Positions 25,944-37,609 of a stretch of 64,000 nt of DNA are shown one piece after another. Position 1 is the first letter of the stretch. Every line of letters starts with the position of its first letter. Both the position numbers and the translations under genes were made by a program. Under the pieces are notes generated by a model. The model saw nothing but the letters and a program-made list of their open reading frames with translations. It did no database searches and was not told the DNA's origin. Source of the DNA: Octopus sinensis. Taxonomy: Eukaryota. The stretch spans positions 87,048,001-87,112,000 of the forward strand of contig NC_043004.1 of NCBI RefSeq assembly GCF_006345805.1, in the 5' to 3' direction.

Positions 25944-26354
25944 TGTAGTAAAGATTGTTTGCCAACATAACATGGCAGTCCTGGTTTAGGACTAATGTTG
26001 TTGTAATTTAACCCCAGGAGACATCATCTCCAGCTGGCTATACGACACGATCTGTGTCCTTATATTTTCGAACAAGAGAATCTAGCACCCTCACTCAGCT
26101 CAAAACAATATCTGTGTATCACGATTTCTGGGTTATTTCTCTTCATCAGCACAGAATAATTGTTTGGTAGAGGTCGCAATACACAGATATTGTTTTCAGC
26201 TGAGTGGGAGTGCTAGATTCCCTTGTTTGCAAATATAAGGACACAGATCGTGTCGTATAGCCAGCTGGAGATGATGTCTCCTGGGGCTAAATTACAGCAA
26301 CATTAGTCCTAAACCAGGACTGCCATGTTATGTTGGCAAACAATCTTTACTACA
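25944..26354. mobile_element. Foldback element: 181-bp inverted arms and a 49-nt loop, probably Penelope-like LTR derived
   Basis: Arms 25944-26124 and 26174-26354 align without gaps, with 10 mismatches by my count; hammerhead motif at the junction. Confidence 0.9.
26112..26154 (-). ncRNA. Minimal type I hammerhead ribozyme motif (Penelope type)
   Basis: Minus strand reads CUGUG-CUGAUGA-agagaaauaaccca-GAAA-UCGUGA-UA^-CACAG; 5-bp stem I, intact core, stem III from a near-palindrome; stem II imperfect. Confidence 0.65.
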
Positions 26355-26624
26355 AAGTACTGTTGCTGAATATCTCACATTGTGAAATTTAAAAAATAGT
26401 AATTTTCTAATTAATAGAATACATATCGGGCTTAAAAAGAATTAGTACTGGTGTTGATTCATTGGACTAAAACTTTAAGGTGGTGTCTCAGCCATAGTCT
26501 AATGACTGAAACAAGTACAAGATAAACGATAGACAATGTAGTTCTTCATACACAAAATGATGGAATAGTTATGGTTGTAAGAGCTTTGATCCTAATCAGG
26601 AAAAAATTGTTACTAAACAATAAT

Positions 26625-27250
26625 TACAACCTAGAGGTGCCTAAGAGAGTGACCCGATGAATTAAAATGTTGGATTTGCACATGATCTGAGTATTGTTGT
26701 AAGCATCAAAGAAATGTTTGCAGGAGCAAATTCCTTAATGATATCCTGTTTTACCTATGTATAATATATAATGCAGTGTAGAGTTTGCATGCAATGCAGT
26801 AGATGAGGATTGGTGGTGGAACAGCTGAAGTTTTCAGCAATTTGGTACTGTGATTTCAGGTTGAATCTGGTGGTGGTTTTTGAGATAAAGGACCACTTAT
26901 GCCATCTATGAGTGTTTGAAGATACTTGACTAGTTATGGTTTTATGGTTAGGACTAGAGAGGTTTTAGTTGAAATTTTATGGTGATTTTTTATCCCTATG
27001 TGAGACAAGGTGATACTGGTCAGTTACAGGTTGATAGTGTGGAAAGCAGAAGTTGTGAAGTGTTATCAGATTTACATGAAGTGTGGTTGGAGGGAAAGTA
27101 AAAGAGAAGGATATTCAGTTTTCAGATGTGCACAGAGGCTATTAGCACAATGTCCAAGAAATGACAGCCAGGACATGTAGTAGTAGTGATAACAGGACAA
27201 GAAACAGTTGGCTCCAATAGGTTTAGATGAACTGAGCAGTGTGTTGTCAA
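26625..27250 (-). pseudogene. Penelope-like element GIY-YIG endonuclease remnant
   Basis: FSCSTTN, LIYCIACKL, LYIGKTG and QHFNSSGHSL motifs, with frameshifts. Confidence 0.7.
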
Positions 27251-29154
27251 AAAATATATTACCTTACACCAGAATACTTAAGAACTCTATATTTGTACCA
27301 ACAATTAATCTATATACATTAGATGCATATACAGCTAAGAATTTTAAGGCACATTGTTATTAAATGATCAATAGATAGGTGAAATTGTATAGTTGAATAT
27401 AAATATACTAGAATTAATATGTAGAAATTGTTATTGTTGCATAGGAAAACTGAGTGGTTAATTTTTTTTCAGCAAAACGTTTTTACATTCAACTTTGTAT
27501 TAATTTTTAACTTGGTCAAGATATTGATTTATAGAAGGTTTTTACAGTAAATAAGTTTTGAAATGCTGCAGGGATTATTACCATTAAACCAACCAGTTTC
27601 TGTGATATTCTTTCTGTATGGATTAGTCAAAGAAAGAAGAGGAGCAAACATGACCTTTGCATCATCTCTGAGTCTTCTGGTAAAATATGACATGGATGTT
27701 GCTAGCCACTACTTTAGTCTCTATGTAGTTCAGATGAAAGTTAGTAGCTGTGGGTGGGTGTACCGGCAAATAAGGTAACCTCCGGAGGCAGCATTACTTG
27801 CAGATCTAGGACTCTATCTTATCTGGCAGTGGACCTATGCTAGAGAACCACTTCCATCTGTACCCTGCACAAAGAAGACACTGTAGGGAGCAACACATCA
27901 AGGTGTTGAGTTACTCTAAAACTGGAAACTTAGTCCGAATGTTTGTAACAAAGTAGACGCTACTAAAAGCATCCATGACAGCTGGTACTGGTTGTTTTCA
28001 CAAGGGATGTAAGTCACTTCAATAAATTTCTCACAAACACAGTCATAGCTCTTCTTCTCACAAACCACAATGTCCCATTGTCTTTTAATCAACCAAGGAC
28101 TTTTGCCTCACCACTATCATGGTTCTTCATCTCACAATCTGCTGTAGACACCAATGTTTGCCATCTGGTGCACACAAGAACAAAGAAAAAGAAAAAAAAA
28201 CTGGCTGGTTCTTTTGTATATACCATTATTTATGGTATAGATATCTTTTTTATATTCACATTGTATTGTTTATAGTGTATAATAGCTGAATAAGTAAAGT
28301 TTTATTTTTGACTTTTTGATGACAAAACCTGTCATAATCTTTGCCTTGCATTTCTGAGAAAATTGTCACTCTACTTGCTGCAGTTGAATTTTTTTAAATC
28401 AGTCAAAATCCTTTATAATGGGCTAGTGTTGATACCATTGTCTAATCCAACAAATAACAGCATCCAAAACAGACATAAAAGTAAAAATATCTTGGCTCAT
28501 TCATAAGATTGAATTTTTATAAATAGAGGATTGATTTGATTTTTAGGAGCAACTTATTTTCAAAGGTGTTAGTGGTATTTGTATTGAGATCTGAGAAATT
28601 AGCAGAAATGATTAGACTGCTTGACTAAACAGCTTATGCTATTTAATCTTCTTATCTATCTACATTCTGATTTTAAATTTACTAGGTATGATTTTGCAGT
28701 GCATATTCTCAGACACATATTGTACTGGTAAGGTGGTATATCAATTAAATTAGCCATGCCAGCTTAACAAGAGAAAATAACATTACTCATTTAAAGTTTA
28801 TAAAAAGGAATCCTATTTAGTTTCAATTTAAAGATACTAAACACGAATAATTTTACTATTAAGAATCCAATTATTCTGAATATATCCCACTGATCCTGAA
28901 AATAGATTTCTACATTGAAACTAAATCTTTTAAATGTTATTTCATCTTAATTTCTTATGTATCAATTTTCAAAATATATTCATCTGTTTGCAGCTATCAT
29001 TTAGTACTTAGGATGTTATGTGTAAGGAAGATAATTACTTTCACTAACAAATTGACATACAGTTGTCAAAACCTGGTTAATGTATCTCTATCATCTTTGA
29101 GTTATTTATTTAATTTACATTGCAATTTGTAAATAATAAAATCATTGGTTACAG

Positions 29155-29266
29155 ATTTTCCTATGGGACAGTTAGTGGTTCATTGCATTTCTATAATGAG
29201 TTTGATGAAGGAAGGTCTCACTCAATGCAGAAGAAATGTGGCAAAAGATTTGGTTCAAAGATCACT
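29155..29266 (+). other. Candidate 112-nt host exon
   Basis: Acceptor TTGGTTACAG, weak donor CT/GTGGGT; two frames open (FSYGTVSGSLHFY.. or DFPMGQLVVH..). Confidence 0.2.
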
Positions 29267-29966
29267 GTGGGTTTTTTTTTCTTCACTAATGTTTACAACA
29301 TTCACTAATCTACATTGACAAGAGGGACTTAAAGAATCAAACAGAGCTCACTGTAAGCTCTCAACCTGGTGTGTGGCTATTGACAAAACCAGTGGTTAAG
29401 GCTAGGATATAACCTCACCATCATTCTGAAAATCCAGGAATCACAATGGTGGAGAGTATATGCAAAAATTGACCAGATAACTAAGAAAATAGATATTTAT
29501 CCCATTTGCTGACATCTGTTTTGTAATCTTGTTAGTTGCATGAGTGATGCTAGATCATTCAACATGCTTATATACATATACACACACACACACACCTATA
29601 CATATAATTGTGCTGTAACTTAATGAACAGACTACACATCAGAACATATTATGGCGAGTCAAACACCAGGTTCTGCTATAAATTAACAAGTTGTCTCATT
29701 ATATAGTAGCAGATAATAGATGTATTCAGCAGACTTCACCCATTACAAATACTAGAATGACCATATATAGAGTGTACTAAAAAAGTGAGAATAAGTAGAT
29801 AGATAGAAAATTCAGAAAAAATACAGTAAAATTAAATAAGTTGATGGTAAAGATTTGTTTACCATATGCCTATACGGACTTGTGTGCATCAATCAAACAG
29901 TATAATGTCATTTATGTAACTAACACAGACCTATGAAACAGCTGTCAACAAATAGAATAACTTCTG

Positions 29967-30890
29967 TTATCTGGTTAATTTGTATGTGTTAATAAATGGA
30001 ATAGTATGTTCCTTACTTTTTTCTTTTGGAGTCCTAAGTTGTGTGATGTCTAATTTCATTGCCTTTGAGATTCCATTCTTTATAAGTTTCACAGGGTAAT
30101 TTTGTTCTTGTAAGAAGCTTTTGAGTTCATCAAGTTTAATTTGGCGTCTTTGTGGGTCAGTTACTATGGTGCAGATGTGTCTTGCCATACTGTATGGGAT
30201 GTTCCTTTTGATGTGTGAGAGGTGACAAGAGTAGAAATTTAAATATTGGTGTGTCTATTTTTTGTAAAATATGTCTGTTGTGACAGTGGAGTTGTGCATT
30301 GTGATGTGAATGTCTAAGAATTGTAGTTCATTGTAGCTGGTTTCTGTTGTGAATTTGATAGATGGGTGCAGTGTGTCGAGGGTGTTGCGAAATGTTTGTA
30401 GGTCTTCATTTGGTCTATCCCTCAAAATGACGGAGTCATTGAAGTAGCACTTCCACTTCTTCACGATGTTTTGAAGTTGTGATCAAAAGTTTTTCCTACT
30501 TCTTCATAAAGTCTACCTTCTAGGTAACCCATGACTAGGTTGGCATATAAGAGTGCAAATTTTGTACCCATAGCTGTGCCCTTTATCTGTTGGTATATCT
30601 TATCATAACTGAAGGTGTTTTCTTCTAGTACTAGATGAGTGGCTTTGGTAATAAAGGCTGTTTTGAAACATTCATCTATAACATTGTCTGTGTTTCTCTA
30701 TGCAGTGTTTGACTGCTTCCATGCCTAGAGTATGCAATATATTGGTATAGAGGTTAGTGATGTCAAAACTTGCAAGTATAGTACCTTCTGGGACAGTGGT
30801 TGGGATGTGTTTAAGAAAGTCCATGTCATCCCATATATAGCTGAGTATTAATGGGCATAAGGGTTTGAGGAATATGTCCAAGAGGCGACT
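29967..30890 (-). pseudogene. Penelope-like reverse transcriptase fragment
   Basis: LASFDITNLYTNI, QIKGTAMGTKFALLYANLVMGYLE, WKCYFND (RYIDD), LHPSIKFT, LQFLDI and ARHICTIV; several frameshifts. Confidence 0.9.
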
Positions 30891-31394
30891 CTAGAATTTC
30901 ACTCAATAAAGTTAACAACCACATCTATACTACTATCCTCTAATGAACACAAAAGAGCAAGTCCTGGAAATGCAATTATAATTTTTACTGAAGAAAGTCA
31001 AAAACATTTGGTTTTTCAATTAAAACCTTGACCAATTCAAATACAAAAATTCTTTTTCTATTCTCTTCCTTTTCCTCCCTCACCTTAAAAGGCCACTAAA
31101 TACTAAACAAACAAGTCTGACTATACAAAAGCCATGCCTCTTGACCTCCCCCTCCTTCTCAAAAAAAACTTTTTTTCTTTCTTCTCCCTTGCTTGGCAAA
31201 CCCCAGAAAATTCTTTATAAAAAGACCAAGAAATCTAAATTTGAACCATTTTTTGATGACCCCAATAATGGAAGAAAGCGCTAAAAATGTAAATAAATAA
31301 AAAATATATATAATCATCCAACATTCTGATTACCTTATTATTCTAAATATACAATATCTGTACATCACTTCAAAAAACTCTCTCTCTCTTTATC

Positions 31395-31454
31395 TATCCA
31401 TCTGTCTATCTATCTATCTATCTATATCTATCTATCTATCTATCTATCTATCTG

Positions 31455-31530
<76 letters not shown>
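31395..31530. repeat. (TCTA)n followed by (TA)n microsatellite
   Basis: Direct reading. Confidence 0.95.
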
Positions 31531-31532
<2 letters not shown>

Positions 31533-31614
31533 CATGTTGAACTGTTAATCCCTACACATTTTTGTCTTTCTGTTTTTTTCCTTCGTTCACTCTCCATTTT
31601 TTTCCCCTCTAAAT

Positions 31615-31652
31615 CCTTTCTGCTGAAGAGCATAGGCATGAAACATCAAAGA
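31615..31652 (+). ncRNA. Decayed hammerhead motif in a PLE LTR-like segment (~31540-31745)
   Basis: CCTTT-CTGCTGA-a-GAGCatagGCAT-GAAA-CA-TC-AAAGA: hammerhead layout with substitutions in the core and stem II. Confidence 0.45.
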
Positions 31653-31759
31653 CTTTTCCTTTGTTCCTGAGCATTAAACTAATACACCTTCTTGTTGTTC
31701 CTTCACTTGTTTTTGTCTTTTGTTTCCTGTAAATTTGAACTAATATATATATAATCTTT

Positions 31760-31981
31760 TATCTTTTACTTGTTTTCATCATTAGACTGTGGCCATTCTG
31801 GAGCATCACCTTGAAAAATTTTTTAGTCAAATGACTTGACCTCAGTACTTATTTTTCTCAAGCTTAGTACTTATTCTATCAGTTTCTTTTGCTGAACTGC
31901 AATGTTACGAGGACATAAACACACCAATACTGGTTATCAAGTGGTGGTGGGAGACAAACACACACACATGTATGCATGTGG

Positions 31982-32018
<37 letters not shown>

Positions 32019-32278
32019 ATCAATCCAAACAAGAAAAAAAAAACAATGCAATGAGTTGAATCTAAAACCATGTGCTTAGAATCAAACTTCTTAACCACAC
32101 AGCTATATATGTACTGATCTTTTGCACTGTTTCTGTCTACCAAATTTCACTTGTAAGATATTGGTTAACTTAAAGCTGTGGCAAAAGACACTTGCCCAAG
32201 ATACCATGTAGTGGTATCAAATTGGAACCATATGATTATAAAGCAATTTTTTTAACCACTCAGCCATGCCTATGCTCA
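31760..32278 (-). mobile_element. SINE type A
   Basis: Reverse match to the family. Confidence 0.75.
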
Positions 32279-33213
32279 TCTGTTTCCAGTATTGATTGCA
32301 AATAGGTTTTTCCAGAAAGCTATTCTTCACTATGATATTTCCTGTCAGTTTTAAGCTTATCCTTCATAAGTACATTGTTGCTAACTTGAATATGCTTAAA
32401 TAGGCATCTTAACAACAGCAACATGTTGATATGTAACTTTGCTACTATAAGTATCATCATACTGAAATCCTTCTGAAATTCACGATATTGACTTAGCTGT
32501 TGCTATTAGCAACAAACTAGAAGCAATTGTTTTATTGATTGATCTCTCTGTCACTTTTGATATTGTTGTTGGTTGAGATATTGTAATGTATATTCTCTGT
32601 TGTCTATTTTTTCTTCAAAGTGCTTACACACACATACACACATGCATGCATGCACTGAAAAAATGCCATTCACAGTGGGTCATTTTATTGAAGTCACATT
32701 TATTTATCTTTCATCTTTCACTTGTATCAGTCATTGGATTGCAGCCATGCTGGGACACTGCCTTAAAGACTTTTAGTCACACAAATTAACATCAGTATTT
32801 AAGTCTAGTACTGTGTGGAAGCCTGTCGTGTGTGTGTGATCACCACTTGACAACCAATGTTCATTTGCTTATATTCCCATAACTTAGTGGTTCAGCAAAA
32901 GAGACCAATAGAATTACCAGTCTCTTGCCTAACCACTAAATTATGGGAATGTAAGCAAACACTGGTTATCAAGTGGTGATGGGAGACAAACACAAAGACA
33001 CACACAGAGTTTCCGTCTACCAGATTCAGATACAAGACATTGGTTGCTTTTGAAGATTTAGTGCTTGTATCATTTAATATCATAAGTCAGAATCAAACAT
33101 TTAATTGAAGTTTGATTAAGAAATAAAACCAGTATAGCAGAATGAAAGCTACTGATTTTTCTTCTCATTTGTGTGTCTTGCTAGTTGTTAAAGTAGCAGA
33201 TTTACTCTCTCCC

Positions 33214-33216
<3 letters not shown>

Positions 33217-33308
<92 letters not shown>
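33217..33308. repeat. (TC)n microsatellite, ~90 bp
   Basis: Direct reading; source of the SL-repeat ORF. Confidence 0.95.
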
Positions 33309-33311
<3 letters not shown>

Positions 33312-33394
33312 GTCTCCCTCTGAAACTAAGAGGCAGATAGATTCCTATTGCTTCAAGTATAATGAACTAAAACTGATATCACAATATTCCTTAA

Positions 33395-33745
33395 ATGTCT
33401 GAGTTCAAATTCTGCTGAGGTCAACTTTGCCTTTCATCCTTTCAGGGTCGATAAATTAAGTACCTGTTGCGTACTGGAGTTGATCTAATCGACTGGTCCC
33501 CTCCCCCAAAATTTCAGGCCTTGTGCCTAGAGTAGAAAAGAATATTTCCTAAATACTTGTAAGGTTCTGGACAAGGTAGTAAGCTGGTAGAATCATTAGC
33601 GTGCTTGGCAGCATTTCATCCAGCTCTTCATATTCTGAGTTCAAATCTTACTGAGGTCAACTTTACTTTTTATTGATAAAATAAAGTACCAGTCAAGTAA
33701 TGTAAATGACTTGTACCCTACCCTCAAAATTGCATGCCTTAAACC
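33395..33745 (+). mobile_element. Two adjacent SINE type C copies (33395-33545, 33570-33745)
   Basis: CTGAGTTCAAAT..GAGGTCAACTTT occurs twice; match to 47601-47818. Confidence 0.75.
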
Positions 33746-35572
33746 CAGCAATAGACCAGCACCCTGTTCAAGGGGAATGTTGTGATATTGGTCTACAGCC
33801 ACTGAGTAACCAGCCTTATGAGACCCAGAGCTTGAGAAAAATGGGGTGGAGTGGAGTGGGGGATAATTCTGGACAATGCCAATCAATAGTTATTTTATTA
33901 AATCTGGTAAAAATCTTTCATTTTGTTCCTACTACAAAATGTCTTGATACTCGTTTAGACTTACTACTGCTTTCAATATTTATGTCAGTGTTGCTTCCTA
34001 TTACAATGTTAGGAGTATCTCAGGCATCTCATTGTTTAATTCGTATTCACATCTTAATTAACTTCAGACTGGATATGTTGTTCTTTGCATTACTAGGTCA
34101 ACATTATGAGTAAATATGTTCACAACAGCATTGTAGTCTGTCTTAAATTTACTGTACACTGTTGTGAATGTGCCGAGAATTCTTATGAAAATTCCCAGTG
34201 GTTTAATATTGATCGAAGGAGAACATTTGAATTTCTTTTGATGTATTTCCTATTAAGATGGCACTAACATTGCTGCTACAACCACCACTGCTGCTGTTGC
34301 TGCTACTACTACTGCTACTACTACTACTCTGTATAAAAATGTTGAAGTTGTAATGAAATAAACCTACTGCAGCCAATGAGGGGCTTTAATCTATTTGCTC
34401 ACTACCCCTATGTTGATAATGCCCTTGATGGAAACATAAATTCCAAAGTTTTGTTTTCTTTTGTATGCAAGTCTGAAGTTTTGATCTCATGTAAAATTAA
34501 TTGTTGTTATTCTCTTGGTTTAGGCTGGCTAAGTTGACAAATTGCTTCCAATTCCCAATTGAAGCCATTTTGTTTCAAACTAGGTTACTAGTTCATTGAG
34601 TTTGTGATTAGAGATGTCTTTTTTGGCATTATGGTGAACATACAAAACTTCTACTTCATATATCTGTCAGTTTTTGTGATTGATCTGTAACAAATATTCA
34701 TACAGTTTTGTGTTACTTGGAAAATTTCCATACAGCGAGCAAAGAATATACCACTCTTATCCTTTTTTTCCTTTCTAGTCAGCACCATGCATTCCTTACT
34801 CTTTCCCCTCCCTTCTACACTACCAACTTGTAACCAGCAAGAGAACTTTTCACTGTCACTACAATTACCATATTTTCTGGTGTATAAGCTGCTATTTATT
34901 TTGTACTACCTTCACGTTTTGATAATGTTATTTTTTATCTAATAAAGACTTTTATATTGATGAAATGTGTTTGTTGTTGATTATAGTAAGATAAAATCAT
35001 GACAATAACAATACATCTCATAGTTGTAAAATAAGGCATTTTAAAACTACATATACGTTGACAACAAAAAAGCTAGCTGTGGATTTATTGCTCTATAGGT
35101 CTTGGAACAGAGTGGTGACATTTAGGAGAGATGACCCAGAAGTTGTTCCTCTTTGATTACTATTGTAAACAGCAGTAGCTTTCTTCAACCTGATACACAT
35201 TGTTGATTGGTTGAAATTACCCAAATACAACTTTAACATGAAATAACTTCTAAAATACAAAATTTTGTCAAAAATGTTCAGAGTAAACTATGTTCTATGT
35301 GAGAAATTCTACCAGTATTTGAAGTTTCAAACAGTTTAGTTAAAAAAAAATTAATTAAAAAATCTGTGATTGAGATGGAGTAAGATGGAATAGATCCTTA
35401 ATCTCTTTGAAAATTTAGATTTTGATTTCTAGTTGAGCAATTTTCCTTCATTTATTATATTTGTGTCTGGGAAATCTCAAGCTTCTTGATTAATTTCATT
35501 TCCTGTTTATGTTGTTTCATATAAATATTAAAACTTAACTTAAACTGGCATTCTGTTGGTTATGATGGCAAA

Positions 35573-37609
35573 GGTGCTTGGACAGTTCCTTCCCAGTTAC
35601 TTCATCGTTGGTTAATTTGTCCCTGGTCAATTCGTCGTTGATCAATTCATCCCCAGGTCAATTCATCACTAGCCATTTTGTCCCAAAAATACTCTTAAAT
35701 ATGATTTTCAAGGGAAAGTTCAGAACAATCCCTTTAGGATTAAAATTGTTGGACAGTTTTAGATATATTTTTCCTTTCTTTATTCCTCACACTCTCTCTA
35801 TCTCATTCTCTCTCTTAAGTATTTGCACTGAACAGTTTACGAACAGATTTTCAAGCAAATCAAATTATATTTATTCAATACGCCTACCCATTAACATGAC
35901 TACTGCAAGATCATAACTTTAGAGAATGAAAAAATCAAAGTGATCAATCAAGAAAATTATATATACACAAAAAATAAGCAGAATGCAGATGGATTGAAGA
36001 TATACAGAAGGTGCAAAAATCGTGTGTGCAAGGCGAGACTTCAAACAGATGAAAATTATAAAGAGCTTAAGATTGGGATCCATAATTATGCTTCAACTGC
36101 TACAGAGGTAAATGCAAGGATAATAGTTTCAAATATTAAAGTAAAGTCTATTTCATCTCGTGATGCCTCTTGCTAAATTATCGCTAGTGAAGTTCAGAAT
36201 TTAAATGACTGTACATTGTCACAAATACCTTTGTTCACACAGCTTAATAGGAATATTAGATGTTGGAGGCAAGCTGATTCCAACTATCCTGCCACCCCAC
36301 TTACAAATGTTGGGTTTTCCTTTCCAAGTGAATACTCCTACCTTGACAGTGATGAAATGTTTTTACAGTATGACAGTGGGACGGCAGATTCAAAATGAAT
36401 ACCAATATTTGCAAGTGACGAAGCACTTCAACAGTTAAAACAGCACAAGAACTGGGTGGCACATGGAACATTTAATTGCTGCTCTAGTATATTTTTTCAG
36501 TTGTATATACTTCACATTCAAATTGATAATTTTAATGCCCCATGATTGTTCACATTGCTCTCTGACAAATGTCAAGACACATATAGTAAACATTTTGCCA
36601 AAGTAAATGTATTACTGCAGAATGATGGACTCGATAATATAATTATGGATTTTGAAAAAGCAGCCCATAATGGATTTCTGGAATCATTTCCTTGGTTAAA
36701 TTTGGCATGCTGCTTGTTTCATTTAGGATAAACTGTGTACAAGCATGTTGTGCAAGAAGGACTAAAATACAGATATCTTGAAAATGACAGTTTTAATCTA
36801 AAAATGTGGTGTTTTTTTGCCCTTGCCTTTCTGCCAGTTGATGATGTTGTGGATGGATATGAACAACTTGTAGATGATGATATTCCACAGTCAATTGTAT
36901 CCTATTTTGAAAATATTTATATAGGACCACCTAGAGCAGTGGTTCCTAACTTGAAGTCCACAGACCCCTGGTGGTTCACAAAGGTAGTACTGAGGTCCAT
37001 GAACTAAATTCAAAATTTCATTATATAAGGATAAGCATATTAAAAGGGGTCTGTGTGAAAACTCACTTAAATAAAAGGGTTAGGAAACACTGTGAAAAGG
37101 TTGGGAATCACTGATCTAGATGAAGAGGACAGAGGAGGCGATGCCTTGAACCTCCATTTCCATTACCCATATCGAATGTTTGGATCGATGTATGATGGGG
37201 ATTGCTTGTACTACAATTAGTTTGGAAGCCTACCACATCATGCTGAAAAACACAGTGAATATTAGTCATCCAAATATTTGGAAACTTATTGATGTGATTA
37301 AATGTGAGGAAAGGCTTGCCAGTACCAAATTGCTGAAGTTTATGCAAGGAGAAGAACCAAGCCAAAAGAAAACATACAGAGATATGAACCTGCGTATAAA
37401 AAATGTCATGGAAAAATATGACCCAAGCCCCAAAATTCTTTTTCTAAAAGCAATGGCATACAATCTTAAATTTTAAGAAAAGATAAATATGTAATACAGC
37501 AATGAATTGACTGATGACAAATTGACCTGGGGACGAAATGACCAATGACAAATTGACTGGGGACAAATTAAATGATGACAAATTGCCTTCAATGAATTGA
37601 CCGGACATC
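35573..37609 (+). mobile_element. Mutator-like (MULE) transposon with decayed FLYWCH-like + DDE transposase (~35940-37476)
   Basis: YRRCKNRVCKARLQT, WVAHGTF (DGTF), IIMDFEKAAHNGF, CCLFHLG, SLEAYH and HPNIWKLI; inverted terminal arrays of ~15-bp subrepeats; degenerate 8-9-bp TSD ATGGCAAA / ATGACAAG. Confidence 0.88.
36937..37113. mobile_element. hAT (Charlie-type) MITE inserted in the MULE ORF
   Basis: TIRs CAGTGGTTCCTAAC and GTTGGGAATCACTG; 8-bp TSD ACCTAGAG / ATCTAGAT, fitting the NTCTAGAN target. Confidence 0.88.

Larger units (their letters stand above)
25652..26525 (+). mobile_element. SINE type A split by the foldback insertion at 25941-26412
   Basis: Head/body to AATAGAATA (25932-25940); SINE resumes after a second AATAGAATA (26413-26421). 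Confidence 0.8.

Noticed and set aside
27560-28180. Moderate-GC stretch, possibly a non-LTR (RLE-type) C-terminal remnant
   Set aside because: Only one vague motif (DIVV..FIEVT); not enough to assign.
34097-34265. 56-codon open frame after a TACTAG acceptor (also 46830-46925 and 21746-21800)
   Set aside because: Donors weak or absent; open frames of this length are expected by chance at this scale.
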